This document shows positions 40,960-51,237 of a stretch of DNA of 64,000 bases, piece by piece (the first letter of the stretch is position 1; every line of letters begins with the position of its first letter). A model generated the notes under the pieces. The model was not told where the DNA came from. It searched no databases and worked only from the letters and a program-made list of their open reading frames with translations. The stretch comes from Chloroflexota bacterium (GTDB taxonomy: Bacteria > Chloroflexota > UBA11872 > VXOZ01). Made by a program: the position numbers and the translations under genes. Location of the stretch: contig CAXXVD010000005.1 in assembly GCA_963662335.2 (NCBI GenBank), positions 416,001 through 480,000 on the forward strand, written 5' to 3'.

Positions 40960-41865
40960 GTGAGTCAACCCCTCATCGAGGCGCAGAACCTCACCAAGCA
41001 CTACGGCAAGACGATCGCGCTGCACGACGTAGACATGCGGGTGCGCGCCGGCATCACCGGCCTGCTGGGGCCGAACGGCGCCGGCAAGAGCACGGCCATG
41101 AAGCTCTTCCTGGGTTTGCTCAGACCCACGGCCGGCGCGGCCACGGTGCTGGGAGAAGCGCCCTACGACAACGTGGCCATTCGCATGAGACTGGGCTACA
41201 TGCCGGAACACGACTGCCTGCCCGACTTCCTCACGGCGTCCGAGTTTCTCAGCCACATGGCCCAGGTGAGCGGCATCCCGCCCAAGCACGCCCGCACCCG
41301 CGCCGCGGACATGCTCCGGCACGTGGGACTGGACGAGGAACGCTACCGCCACCTCAGAGAGTACTCCACCGGCATGAAGCAGCGCGTCAAGCTGGCGCAA
41401 GCCCTGGTGCACGACCCGGTCATGGTGCTACTCGACGAACCGACCGCCGGCCTCGATCCCGCCGGACGGGAAGAGATGCTAGGGCTCGTGCGGCGCACCG
41501 GCCAGGAATTCGGCATCAACATCATGCTTTCGTCCCACCTTATGGGCGACGTGGAGAGCACGTGCGACCGCATCATCGTGATCGAAGGCGGCAGCATCAT
41601 CGAGCAGGGCGACGTGTCTGAGTTCACGCAGGAAACCGAGACGTTCTACATCGATGTGGACGACCGCAGGGAGGAGTTGATCGCCGCGCTCCAGGACCTG
41701 GGCATTCAGTCGAGGATTGCCGGGGCGTCGGTTGCCGTCCGGTTGCGCAGTGAAGATCAGCTTGACGACATCCGGGACGCTCTCGCGCAGACGCAGGCTC
41801 GCTTGCGCAGACTTGCCCCCAGCCGCGGCGAGCTTTCAGACATCTTTCGGAGGAACACGGGGTGA
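40960..41865 (+). CDS. ABC transporter ATP-binding protein
   Basis: GPNGAGKS, YSTGMKQR, LDEPTAGLD. Confidence 0.95.
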   Translation: MSQPLIEAQNLTKHYGKTIALHDVDMRVRAGITGLLGPNGAGKSTAMKLFLGLLRPTAGAATVLGEAPYDNVAIRMRLGYMPEHDCLPDFLTASEFLSHMAQVSGIPPKHARTRAADMLRHVGLDEERYRHLREYSTGMKQRVKLAQALVHDPVMVLLDEPTAGLDPAGREEMLGLVRRTGQEFGINIMLSSHLMGDVESTCDRIIVIEGGSIIEQGDVSEFTQETETFYIDVDDRREELIAALQDLGIQSRIAGASVAVRLRSEDQLDDIRDALAQTQARLRRLAPSRGELSDIFRRNTG

Positions 41866-42818
41866 GCCAAGCGCAAGCCGAAATCTACGATCTTGGGTAC
41901 CAGCACTACGACGGGCCGCGCGGCGGCAGAACGCAGGCCTTCCGGTCGCTGTGGGTCAACAGCTTTCGCACCATTCTGGGACTGGGGCGCGGCGGACGCG
42001 CCAAGGTCCTGCCGGCGCTCATGGCGCTCTTCGTCATCGCGCCGCCGGCCGTCTTGCTCGTGCTAGCGGCAATGCTGCCCGTAGCGGAACAGGTGAGCCA
42101 CGCCGATCTCTACACGCTAACGTCAATGCTACTGCTGCTCTTTTCAGCCATCATCGCCCCGGAACTGCTCATACCTGATCGGCGAAATCGTGTCACTACC
42201 CTCTACCTGGTGCGACCGCTCACAGCCTTCGATTACGTCATTGCTCGTTGGTCTGCTTTTCTCACGGTAACGCTTCTGGTCACGCTATTCGGGCAAGTGC
42301 TCGTACTTATCGCTAACTCACTGGCGGCTGAACAAGCAAGAGCATTCCTGCAAGAAAACTGGCTCGACATACCGCGATTCATCTTGGCAGGCGTCATCAT
42401 TACCGTTTTCGTTACCACCATTCCCATGGCGGTGGCGGCGTTTACCGAGCGGCGCGCGTATGCCGCCGCGTTTGTCATTGCCGCCTTTGTGATCACTACG
42501 CCTATGTCGGGACTGCTCACGACCGAATGGTGCGAAAGCTCGGTCACGTTTGCCGTCGAAAACGGAGAGGTTGTCGAAGAGGCGGGTGCAGAAGAGTGCC
42601 GACGCGTAACCGGCGACTACGCCAAATGGTTCGTGCTGCTCGACGTTGGCCGCGCGCCCACGCATCTTGCCGACATGATATTCGACGATGACACCCCGGA
42701 TGACGCCTCCATCCTCGTGGCAGAACTGCCGCCGGCCGTGCCCATTGCCTGGTACGGTCTGCTGGTTATCGGACCGGGCGCATTGCTGCTGTGGCGGTAC
42801 CGGAGAATGAGCATATGA
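41862..42818 (+). CDS. ABC-2 type permease
   Basis: IYDLGYQHYDG, DRRN...LYLVRP, multiple TM. Confidence 0.88.
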   Translation: MSQAQAEIYDLGYQHYDGPRGGRTQAFRSLWVNSFRTILGLGRGGRAKVLPALMALFVIAPPAVLLVLAAMLPVAEQVSHADLYTLTSMLLLLFSAIIAPELLIPDRRNRVTTLYLVRPLTAFDYVIARWSAFLTVTLLVTLFGQVLVLIANSLAAEQARAFLQENWLDIPRFILAGVIITVFVTTIPMAVAAFTERRAYAAAFVIAAFVITTPMSGLLTTEWCESSVTFAVENGEVVEEAGAEECRRVTGDYAKWFVLLDVGRAPTHLADMIFDDDTPDDASILVAELPPAVPIAWYGLLVIGPGALLLWRYRRMSI

Positions 42819-43744
42819 CCGCCTCGCAAGACCCAGTCATTTCTGTGGAAAGCGTTTCGAAATGGTACGGCAGCGTTGTGGCCGTCAATGAGGTTTCGTT
42901 CGGAATTGAGCCGGGCGTCACCGGCCTGCTGGGGCCCAACGGCGCCGGCAAGACCACCCTTCTCAAGATGATCGAGGGCCTCGCCGCCCCGTCGGACGGC
43001 GCGGTGACCATCTTTGGCGAAACGCCGCGCAACAACCCGGACCTGTTTAGGCGCGTCGGCGTCATGTCGGAGCATGAAGCGGTCTACGGCTTCCAGACCG
43101 GCCGGCAATTTGTGGCGTGGTCCGCCAAGCTGCACGGCGTCACGGCCATTGCGGAAGCAACCGCCCGCGCCATCGAGCGCGTGGGCCTGAGCGACGCGCA
43201 AGACCGGCCGCTGGGCACCTACTCGCGCGGCATGAGGCAACGCATGAGACTGGCGGCGGCAATCGTGCACGAACCGGAAGCGATCATCCTCGATGAACCG
43301 CTGAACGGCACCGACCCGCGCCAACGCATCGAGTTCCACGACCTCATGCGCCAACTGGCGGACGAAGGCCGTACGATCCTGATCTCCTCGCACATTCTCG
43401 AAGAGGTCGAAACGCTCGCCGACCGCATTCTGCTCATGGTGAGCGGCAAGTTGGCCGCTTCCGGCGACTACCGCGCCATTCGCGCCAAGCTGGACGAGCA
43501 GCCTTACAACGTGCGCATCGTCTCCAGCGACCCGCGCCGGTTGGCGGCGGCGCTCATCGAGCTCGAGAGCATCGAATCGGTCGCTCTGGGCGCAGACAAC
43601 GACGTAATCGTCTTGAGCAAGAACGTGGCTGTCCTGCAACGCTCGCTCCCCCGCATCGCCAAAGACCGCGGCATTCGCCTCGAGCGGGTTGAGCCGCTGG
43701 ACGAATCGCTCGAGAGCGTCTTCAGCTACATCGTGGAGGGCTAG
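42815..43744 (+). CDS. ABC transporter ATP-binding protein
   Basis: GPNGAGKT, YSRGMRQR, LDEPLNG. Confidence 0.95.
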   Translation: MTASQDPVISVESVSKWYGSVVAVNEVSFGIEPGVTGLLGPNGAGKTTLLKMIEGLAAPSDGAVTIFGETPRNNPDLFRRVGVMSEHEAVYGFQTGRQFVAWSAKLHGVTAIAEATARAIERVGLSDAQDRPLGTYSRGMRQRMRLAAAIVHEPEAIILDEPLNGTDPRQRIEFHDLMRQLADEGRTILISSHILEEVETLADRILLMVSGKLAASGDYRAIRAKLDEQPYNVRIVSSDPRRLAAALIELESIESVALGADNDVIVLSKNVAVLQRSLPRIAKDRGIRLERVEPLDESLESVFSYIVEG

Positions 43745-44467
43745 ATGGCTGAGATATTTCTTCTCTCCCTGCGGCAGCTTATGGGGCGGTGGCGCGTGCT
43801 CGTCATCCTGCTGCTCGCCGCGCTGCCAACGCTCCTCGTGCTGCTGATCAGATGGATCGGCGAGGGCGATATTGCCTTTCATGAAGAGTTCGTTGGCCTC
43901 ATCATCGACGTCATGATCACCGGCGGCATCATGCCCATCGTGACCATGACGCTGGCCGCCGCGGCCTTTGGCAACGAACTGGAAGACAAGACGCTCTACT
44001 ACCTTGTCCTCAAGCCGGTTGCGCGGCTTTCGATCGTGGCGGCCAAGCTGCTGGCGGTGCTGGTGGTTGCCCTGCCGCTGGTGGTGGCGAGCGGCGTCGC
44101 GGCGTCGGCCCTGGTGGGCGCGGAGGCCCGCATCCTGGGCACGCTCGCGCTCGCGCTGGCGGCGGGCGTGACCGCCTACGCGACAATCTTCACCTTTGCC
44201 GGTCTCCTCACCCCGCGCGCGCTGGCCTACGGCTTGGTGTACGTGCTGGTGTGGGAGGGCCTGCTGAGCACCATCGTGAGCGGCGTGCGCTACCTCAGCG
44301 TGCGCGGCTATACGCTGGCGCTGCTCCACGGCCTTGACGAGACCGGCTTCAGCGACTTGGCGGAGCGCGTCATCGAATTTCCCGCCGCCATCGTCGGCAC
44401 CAGCGCCGTGATCGTGGTCTTCTTCCTGCTGGCGCTCTACCGCCTGCGCACCATGGACGTGCCTTAG
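43745..44467 (+). CDS. ABC-2 type permease
   Basis: ELEDKTLYYLVLKPVAR, 6 TM. Confidence 0.88.
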   Translation: MAEIFLLSLRQLMGRWRVLVILLLAALPTLLVLLIRWIGEGDIAFHEEFVGLIIDVMITGGIMPIVTMTLAAAAFGNELEDKTLYYLVLKPVARLSIVAAKLLAVLVVALPLVVASGVAASALVGAEARILGTLALALAAGVTAYATIFTFAGLLTPRALAYGLVYVLVWEGLLSTIVSGVRYLSVRGYTLALLHGLDETGFSDLAERVIEFPAAIVGTSAVIVVFFLLALYRLRTMDVP

Positions 44468-44592
44468 GGGCCGATGGGCTAGACGATGTGGCGTACCACA
44501 GCTTAGGGCTGTGAAGACTCGCTGTGTGTTCTGTCCGTTCAGTAATTGCTGGCTGCGGACCACGTCGCGCCGGAGATAACCAGTCTTCGCGC

Positions 44593-45312
44593 TCATTGCA
44601 AGAGATAGGGAGCTAATTCAGAAAGCGATGTGACTTCCAAATCAGGTTGAGCATCATTCTTGTTACGTACTGAACCGTCCCGATTCAGCCACACCGAGGT
44701 AAGACCGGCCCCATTCGCTCCAGCAACGTCAGCCGCCAGGCTATCCCCCACGTGCCATACATGCTTGCCGGATACACCAAGATCCTCAAGCGCAAAAGTA
44801 AACGCACGCTTGTCCGGTTTGGCTATGCCAGTCTCCCCAGAGATGGAGAAGGCGCTGAACAAATCGGCAATTCCCATAGCCTCGATCTTGTTTCGCTGTG
44901 TGTCGGCGGCGCCATTCGTCACCAGAGCTATTGGGACCCGTGCCTGCCGCACTGCCGCAATCAGTCCCGCTACGTCCCCGAATGGCTGATAAGAATCCCA
45001 GGCAAAGCGCACGTGTGTCTTGGCTGCAAATTGAGCGAGTGATTCCTCGTTGTAGCCACACGCCTGAAGTGTCCTGCGCCAGGTTTCAAGCGTGAGTTCG
45101 GCGCCGCTCAATCTGCCGAGTGTCCAAGCGCCATGGGTCTCTGGTCCAAAGGCGCTGAACACCGCGCGATTGGCCTCCTGCAGTCGCTTGGCCTCTAGTT
45201 CCGGCCGCAGCGACGCAAGCTCCTCGCACGTGCGAACGACGGATTGCGGAAATGAGCTACCGTCCAGCAGTGTATCGTCCAAATCAAGAAGAAGCGCGAC
45301 TATTCGTTTCAC
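44593..45312 (-). CDS. HAD-family hydrolase
   Basis: LDLDDTL, VTNG, KPD, HVGDSLAADVAGA; start uncertain. Confidence 0.92.
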   Translation of the reverse strand: MKRIVALLLDLDDTLLDGSSFPQSVVRTCEELASLRPELEAKRLQEANRAVFSAFGPETHGAWTLGRLSGAELTLETWRRTLQACGYNEESLAQFAAKTHVRFAWDSYQPFGDVAGLIAAVRQARVPIALVTNGAADTQRNKIEAMGIADLFSAFSISGETGIAKPDKRAFTFALEDLGVSGKHVWHVGDSLAADVAGANGAGLTSVWLNRDGSVRNKNDAQPDLEVTSLSELAPYLLQ

Positions 45313-45392
45313 GTACAGCCTCAGCGAGAACTCGCTCAAACTTCGTAGAGCGGAGGCACATCTCTCTACGGATCGCTCAACCCTGTACTATC

Positions 45393-46319
45393 TCACCCGG
45401 TCTCGATTCGACCGAAGTCCCGCAGCGTCCGCAGCGTCCGCAGCGTAATGCGCGCCTGCCACTCTCGTTTGGCAATCTCCCAGGCCGCCGGGGGTTGGTC
45501 TTCCCACGAGAAGGTGGGCGACCACGCGCCGTCCGCGCCCTGCTGCTCGAGCTCGTAGTCCAGGTTCATCGCCACCGCATCCGCCAGCCCGGCCGCCAGC
45601 GGCGCATCCGGCGACGGCGCCACGTCCAAGGGCCTGAGCACGTAGCCGCTCAATTGCTCCCGCTCCCGGGCGACGCCGCGCTCCGCGGCCGCGGCCACTT
45701 TCGCCCAAATGCGCTCGCGTAGAGACCGGGGCAGCGCTTCGGTCTGCGCCAAGCTGGCAAAGCAGAGCACGTCGTGCATCTCCATCTCGTCCGGCAGCGA
45801 GTCCAGGTGCGCGAAGACCGCCGCCGTCAACGTCTCGACTAGCGCCGGCGGCACGAGCGCGCTATAGTCGTGCAAGTACCCCACAATCTCAACCCGTGGA
45901 TTCACCAGGAATCCCCCAAAGCCCGCCGCGCTCGCCGCGTAGTCCCACCAGGGCGCATGGGGCGCGTCTTCAACTTCCGGCGGCACAATCGGCCACACCT
46001 GCCGGGACTCGTCGTAGGTTTCAAGCAGATACGCCATTCCCCGCCGCACCATCTCGTGCTCCGCGGGCACGCCCAATGACCGGAAGTTCTGAAACGCCAC
46101 CGTCGTCGCAATCACCGACGACGCCGGTGTCCTGAGATCCGGTTCCAGACCGTGCCCGAAACCGCCGTCCTCGTTCTGGTACGCCGCCAGCGCCGCGAGC
46201 ACGCCGTCCGCAGCCCCGCCATCGAAGTGGAAAGCCAAGAGCGCCCGGTCTAAGTCCCTTCCCTGTTCCCTGACGAAAGCCTTTGCTCGCTGAAATGCCG
46301 CCTGCGTCAGTTTCTGCAT
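45393..46319 (-). CDS. Hypothetical protein with prenyltransferase/squalene-oxidase-like repeats
   Basis: YQNEDGGFGHGLEPD, HAPWW, QGADGAW. Confidence 0.75.
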   Translation of the reverse strand: MQKLTQAAFQRAKAFVREQGRDLDRALLAFHFDGGAADGVLAALAAYQNEDGGFGHGLEPDLRTPASSVIATTVAFQNFRSLGVPAEHEMVRRGMAYLLETYDESRQVWPIVPPEVEDAPHAPWWDYAASAAGFGGFLVNPRVEIVGYLHDYSALVPPALVETLTAAVFAHLDSLPDEMEMHDVLCFASLAQTEALPRSLRERIWAKVAAAAERGVAREREQLSGYVLRPLDVAPSPDAPLAAGLADAVAMNLDYELEQQGADGAWSPTFSWEDQPPAAWEIAKREWQARITLRTLRTLRDFGRIETG

Positions 46320-46628
46320 CGTCCCTCCTTATCTCCACCCGCATGCCATCGAGCGCACAGTCTCAATTGCGTCCAAACGCATAACTTTGGAGAATGCGCA
46401 GCCGGTTCACTCCATAGTATCCTATCTTCCCTTGCCAAATGAACGCCCATAGGACACGCAGCCGCCACTAGTCAAGTCCTTGACAATTGCGCCGGCCTCA
46501 GTGTCGCTGCTATACTGCGGGCGAAGCGGCTCGATGGAGCGGAAGGAGGTGGCGTACAGCGCAGCGTGGGCCGCACAGAGACCAGTGTCTTTCCACAGAC
46601 GGTCTATTCCTCTTAGAGGAGGGTAACG

Positions 46629-47975
46629 ATGGCGAATACACTTTCTCGGCGCACAATCCTGCGCGGCGCGCTGGTGGGCGGCGCGGCCGCGTTTGCGGCG
46701 GCCTGCGGCGCGGTGCCGGTGGCGACGGAAACGGCGGAAGCCCCCGACGCGCCCAAGGCGGCGGAGGCCGCGCCCAAGGACGAAGGCCCCAAGACGATCA
46801 ACTTCCTGCACGTGCTGGAAGGCCAGAACGAGACCTGGCGCAACGGCTGGGCGGAGGTGGTAGAGACGTTCGAGGCGAAGAATCCCGACCAGAAGATCGC
46901 GATTGCCGACTCTGCGTTTGGCGAACTGCCGACCAAAGCGGCGGCGGCCCAGGCCGGCGGCATCAAGTTCGACATCATCTACGGCTACTTTGGCTGGGTG
47001 GGCACCTTTGTCGCGGGCAACATCGTCCAGCCCCTCGATCCCATCATTGCCACGGACCCCGAAATCGACCCCGCCAACTTCCACGAGGCCGCCAAGTGGA
47101 TCCACAAAGGCCAGAACTACGGCGTGGCCTGGTGGATCAACTCGCGGGAGATCTGGTACAACAAGAGCCTGATCGTCAACGCCGGTCTCAAGACCCCGAC
47201 CGAGCTCGAGGCCGAGGGCAATTGGACCTGGGATGCCGCTTTGGAAGCGGCCATCAAGCTGACCAAGGTCGAAGGCGATGAAGTCGTGGTAGGCGGCATG
47301 GGCACCCAGCCGCACGTTCCCTCTGTGCTGACGTACTACTCCTGGGCGTGGGGGGCCGAATTCTGGAATCCGGATTGCACGCAGGCCGGCTTCGGTAGCG
47401 ATGCCTTCCGCGAGGCGGTGCAGTTCCAAGCGGATACCTTCACCAAGCATCGCGTGCAGGGCGGCAACTATTTCGAGGGCAACACGGCTATCTATCACAC
47501 CGGTCACTTCCAGATCCGGCGCATCAACGAGCAGGTCACGCCGACGAACCTGTTCGAAGTCGGCATGGCGCCGACTCCAAATGGGCCCGGCGGGCGTAAA
47601 GCCGCCTATGCCGTGGTCGCCATCCACCTCGGTTCTCAGGCGGAAAACGCCGAGGGCGGCTGGGAGTTCATCAAGCACACGGTGATCGGCGACCTGCAGG
47701 AGATCTGGATCCCGCAGGGCGGCGGCCGCTACCCGGCGGACCTGCGCCGCGAGCCGATTACGACCAAGGACTATGAGGACGCCAGCGTCTATAAGACGAT
47801 GGCGGCAGTCGCCAACGCGACGCCCACGCTCATCCAACAGGGCGACTTCAACGACATCTGGCGCAACGAGACGTGGCCGGCAATCTTAGAAGGCGCTATC
47901 ACGGTGCCTGAAGCGCTACAGAAGACGCAGGACCAGGTCCAGGGTTGGCTGGACGACCGCGGTTGCCTCTGGTAG
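46629..47975 (+). CDS. Extracellular solute-binding lipoprotein, Tat signal
   Basis: SRRTILRG...AAAC lipobox; WYNKSL, WTWD. Confidence 0.9.
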   Translation: MANTLSRRTILRGALVGGAAAFAAACGAVPVATETAEAPDAPKAAEAAPKDEGPKTINFLHVLEGQNETWRNGWAEVVETFEAKNPDQKIAIADSAFGELPTKAAAAQAGGIKFDIIYGYFGWVGTFVAGNIVQPLDPIIATDPEIDPANFHEAAKWIHKGQNYGVAWWINSREIWYNKSLIVNAGLKTPTELEAEGNWTWDAALEAAIKLTKVEGDEVVVGGMGTQPHVPSVLTYYSWAWGAEFWNPDCTQAGFGSDAFREAVQFQADTFTKHRVQGGNYFEGNTAIYHTGHFQIRRINEQVTPTNLFEVGMAPTPNGPGGRKAAYAVVAIHLGSQAENAEGGWEFIKHTVIGDLQEIWIPQGGGRYPADLRREPITTKDYEDASVYKTMAAVANATPTLIQQGDFNDIWRNETWPAILEGAITVPEALQKTQDQVQGWLDDRGCLW

Positions 47976-47985
47976 ACCCGACGAA

Positions 47986-48021
47986 AGAACCAGGGGAACA
48001 CGGCCGTGTTCCCCTGGTTCT
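47986..48021 (+). terminator. Perfect 36-bp palindrome, terminator or mRNA-stability hairpin after the binding-protein gene
   Basis: AGAACCAGGGGAACACGG|CCGTGTTCCCCTGGTTCT. Confidence 0.7.
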
Positions 48022-48126
48022 CTGCTTAATGCAATACTCGTACTGGGCCTGCGGGCGCGCGTGCGCCGGCGAGTGAAAGGGGCCCAAACTGCGCCTGGCA
48101 CCTTTGCAAACAGGGAGAAGCGAACC

Positions 48127-49056
48127 ATGGCTCGCCTGGCAAACGTTGCGGTCTGCTCCACGCCAAATACGGTTCTTGGCGAGAGCGACGAAGAGCGTTA
48201 CGAATTCAACCTGAGTAAAGCGGAGGAACTGCTCCACGAGGCCGCCGCGCAAGGGGCGGACATCGCCTGCCTACCCGAGGCGTTTCCCGTGCGCGGCATC
48301 GCATCCGGCGGCACTGACGAACGCTGGTACGAGCCCGTGCCCGGCGGCGAGACCTACCGGCGCATGGCGGCGGTGGCGCGGCAGCGCGGCATGTACGTCG
48401 TGGCGCCCATTCTCGGCATGGAAGACGGCCGGCGCCGCAACGTGGCCATGGTCATCGACCGCAACGGCGAGTACGTCGGCGGCTACAACAAGGTCCATAT
48501 CACGGTCACAGAGGATGAAGCGTGGGGCATCACCCCCGGCGACTCCTGGCCGGTTTTCGACCTGGACTTCGGCAAGATCGGCGTCACCATCTGCTACGAC
48601 GTCTTCTTCCCGGAGGGCTACCGCATCCTCGCACTCAAGGGCGCGGACGTCATCTACCATCCCACCATGTACAGCATGTACGGCGAGGTGGGCTGGGAGG
48701 CCGTCATACAGTCCCGCGCAATCGACAACTGCCTCTACGTCTGTCCGGTGAACTACGGCTTCACCGACCATGAGCCCTGGATGCCGGGCATGTGCCTGAA
48801 TCGCAGCAGCGTGATTGGGCCGGACGGAATCTCCCTGGCCGACCGCGGCCGCTACTGGGGCGTGGCCATGGCCGCGCTCGACCTCGACCGCCCCCGCATG
48901 GTCTACCGGGGCGGCTCGACGGGCCTCGCCAGTTTCCGTGAAGACGCCTGGAACCACCGCCGGCCGGATACCTACCGGGAACTCTTGGACTACGGATATT
49001 GGGTAGACGGTCAGGGCCGGCAGGCGGCTGCGCAACCGGCTGAGGTAGAGGCCTAG
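48127..49056 (+). CDS. Carbon-nitrogen hydrolase (nitrilase family)
   Basis: Glu-Lys-Cys triad: LPEAF, YNKVH, ICYDVFFPE. Confidence 0.93.
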   Translation: MARLANVAVCSTPNTVLGESDEERYEFNLSKAEELLHEAAAQGADIACLPEAFPVRGIASGGTDERWYEPVPGGETYRRMAAVARQRGMYVVAPILGMEDGRRRNVAMVIDRNGEYVGGYNKVHITVTEDEAWGITPGDSWPVFDLDFGKIGVTICYDVFFPEGYRILALKGADVIYHPTMYSMYGEVGWEAVIQSRAIDNCLYVCPVNYGFTDHEPWMPGMCLNRSSVIGPDGISLADRGRYWGVAMAALDLDRPRMVYRGGSTGLASFREDAWNHRRPDTYRELLDYGYWVDGQGRQAAAQPAEVEA

Positions 49057-49448
49057 GTTCCCCGACTCGCCACCAGAACACCTGGGCTCGGTCGATGTAC
49101 TCTTGCCAGCGCGAGAGCGAGCCCCGCTGAAAAGCCGTAGCGCGAGGGCTTCTCCCCAATGGTGTCGCATTAACGTAGCGCGGGGGCTTGTCCACCGCCG
49201 GAGCAATTGAAACTGACACGTAAAGGATTGCCCTAACAGCTTCGCAGGTTACAAACCTGCGCTACCGGGGAATTTGGACGCGAGTTTTGCCGCCGTGCTG
49301 TTTAATGCGACAGCATTAGGGCTTGTCCCCCGCCTCTTAACGAGTGTGGCAAAGACCGTCTAAGGTTATGAGATCCGATCCCTCTTGTCGCGGCGGTTCA
49401 CAGCTGATGCCGCAGATGTAGCAATCTTTCTTGAAAGGAGACAGTCGC

Positions 49449-50117
49449 ATGCTCATCGACACCGACGATTTCGTCACACAGCGCATCGCTGCGGACGAAA
49501 CGCTTGAACCGGAGAAGACCGCACTCATCATCATCGACATGATGAACCGCTTCTGCAATCCGGTGTGGCTGGCGCAGGGCGACCACCAAAGAGCCGAGTG
49601 GTTCGCGCGCGAGCTTGATTGCGTGATACCCAACGTCACCGACGCGCTCCACACGTTTCGCGCGGCCGGCGCGCTTATCGTCCACGCCGTCTGCGCCCGG
49701 TGGACGCTGGACAAACGCGACGCCCCGCTGCACATGCGCGCACGAGACTATGACCTCTTCGATACTCCCGCCATGTCGGTGATCGACCAGTTAGCGCCCC
49801 TGCCCGGCGAAATCCTGATCCGCAAGACAACCGGCTCCGTCTTTACCGGCACGGGCCTGGAATACCTGCTGCGCCAAGCCGGCATCGAAAACGTGGCGCT
49901 CTGCGGCCAGTACGGCAGCGCCTGCGTCTTCTACTCCCTGATACAAAGCCGGGAATTCGGCTTCAAAAAGCGGCTCTGGCTGGAGGACTGCATCCTCTAT
50001 GGCAGTGAAACGAGTAAGCACCTCTTCCCCGCCCTGGTCGGCCAGCATTGGGCCACATTGGCAAACCGGGAAGAGGTAAGCCGCGCGCTCGCGCCGGTCG
50101 CCGCAGCAGCCGGCTAA
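49449..50117 (+). CDS. Isochorismatase / cysteine hydrolase family protein
   Basis: ALIIIDMMN, IRKTTGSVF, CGQYGSACV. Confidence 0.88.
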   Translation: MLIDTDDFVTQRIAADETLEPEKTALIIIDMMNRFCNPVWLAQGDHQRAEWFARELDCVIPNVTDALHTFRAAGALIVHAVCARWTLDKRDAPLHMRARDYDLFDTPAMSVIDQLAPLPGEILIRKTTGSVFTGTGLEYLLRQAGIENVALCGQYGSACVFYSLIQSREFGFKKRLWLEDCILYGSETSKHLFPALVGQHWATLANREEVSRALAPVAAAAG

Positions 50118-51135
50118 GCAAGGCAGGAACGGAGAAAGAGCTACCGGTGGATTCACACTGCAAGTGCAACACCTGTTTCAAGAACACTTCGGTTGGCGTT
50201 TGAAAGTCAAGACACTTGCGCGGGGTGTGGTTATAGGCCTGCACCAGTTGCGCAAAGCGGTCTGCGGAGACCGTCGCCAGGTCGGTCTTGCGGGGCAGCA
50301 CCCGCCGCAGGCGCCCGATGGCGTTTTCGACGCCTCCTTTCTGCCAGGGGGCGCGCGTGTCGCAGAAGAAGGTTTGTACGCCCAAGTCGTGGAGGCGGTA
50401 ATGGCGAGCGAACTCGGTGCCGTTGTCGAAAGTGGCGGTCTGCCGCCAGTCCGGCGGAACCAGCGCCAGCAGGTCGCGCATGGCGCTGGCGATCGGCTCT
50501 GCGGCCTTGCCGTTGGTGCGGGTGGCCAGCAGCAGGCGCGAATGGCGCTCGTGCAGGGTCAAGACCGCTTGACCGCCTCTGCCAAAGAGCATCAGGTCTA
50601 CCTCCCAGTGACCGGGTGTTTGCCGGTCCGCCGCCGCCGCGGGGCGCTCTGCCAAGGGCCGCCGGTGCGCGATGAACGAGGCCGGACTGCGTCTGCTGCG
50701 CTTGCGCCGCCGCCGCGCCGTCCGCCCCTGGGGCAGCAGGTCTGCCCACGAGTAGTCCTTGGTGCGCGCAATCTGCCCGTAGATGAAGCGATAGATGCTC
50801 TCGTGAGAGATCACCGGCGCGCACCTGTCATGCGCCAAGCGCCCCGACACTTCCTCCGGCGACCACCCCAATGCCAAGCGCTCCAGCACATCCTCCCGCA
50901 ATTCCGCGTCTCGCTCCAGCCGCATGCCGCGACAGCGACGTGCTTCGGCCTGCTCCTGCGCATACTCCGCTTGATACCCTGCTTGCCGCGAACTGTTGCG
51001 TTTTACCTCCCGCGAAATCGTCGACGGCGAGCGACCAAGAGCTGTAGCGATTTTGGCTTGCGTGAGTCTCGCGGCCTGAAGTCCGGCCAACTGACACCGC
51101 TCTGCATACGTGAATTGTGTGTATGATCTTCCCAT
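49963..51135 (-). CDS. IS30-family DDE transposase reading through its right IR
   Basis: HTH LGRSPSTISRE, SHESIY, GHWEVD, FDNGTEF, PWQKGGVEN, NHTPRKCL. Confidence 0.95.
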   Translation of the reverse strand: MGRSYTQFTYAERCQLAGLQAARLTQAKIATALGRSPSTISREVKRNSSRQAGYQAEYAQEQAEARRCRGMRLERDAELREDVLERLALGWSPEEVSGRLAHDRCAPVISHESIYRFIYGQIARTKDYSWADLLPQGRTARRRRKRSRRSPASFIAHRRPLAERPAAAADRQTPGHWEVDLMLFGRGGQAVLTLHERHSRLLLATRTNGKAAEPIASAMRDLLALVPPDWRQTATFDNGTEFARHYRLHDLGVQTFFCDTRAPWQKGGVENAIGRLRRVLPRKTDLATVSADRFAQLVQAYNHTPRKCLDFQTPTEVFLKQVLHLQCESTGSSFSVPALLSRLLRRPARARGLPLPGLPMWPNAGRPGRGRGAYSFHCHRGCSPPARAAF

Positions 51136-51179
51136 GGCAACACCTTAGCATGATGTTGCACTTCACCTGTGAGTCTACC
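50146..51179 (-). mobile_element. IS30-family insertion sequence, 1034 bp
   Basis: Imperfect 26-bp IRs (GGTGGATTCACACTGCAAGTGCAACA / GGTAGACTCACAGGTGAAGTGCAACA); 3-bp ACC duplication at 50143-50145 and 51180-51182. Confidence 0.93.
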
Positions 51180-51237
51180 ACCCTCTTGTGGCAGGACTGC
51201 CGCGAAACGATCAAGTGAACGAAAGGAGTTACCAGCA

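Noticed and set aside
36860-44596. Long antisense ORFs (36860-38782, 42617-44596; likewise 46422-47837, 60684-62198, 19451-20602)
   Set aside because: Shadow frames of well-supported genes in high-GC DNA, with no recognisable motifs.
45419-45446. 9-nt tandem repeat (TLRTLRTLR)
   Set aside because: Short in-frame repeat in an amphipathic C-terminal helix; no sign of phase variation.
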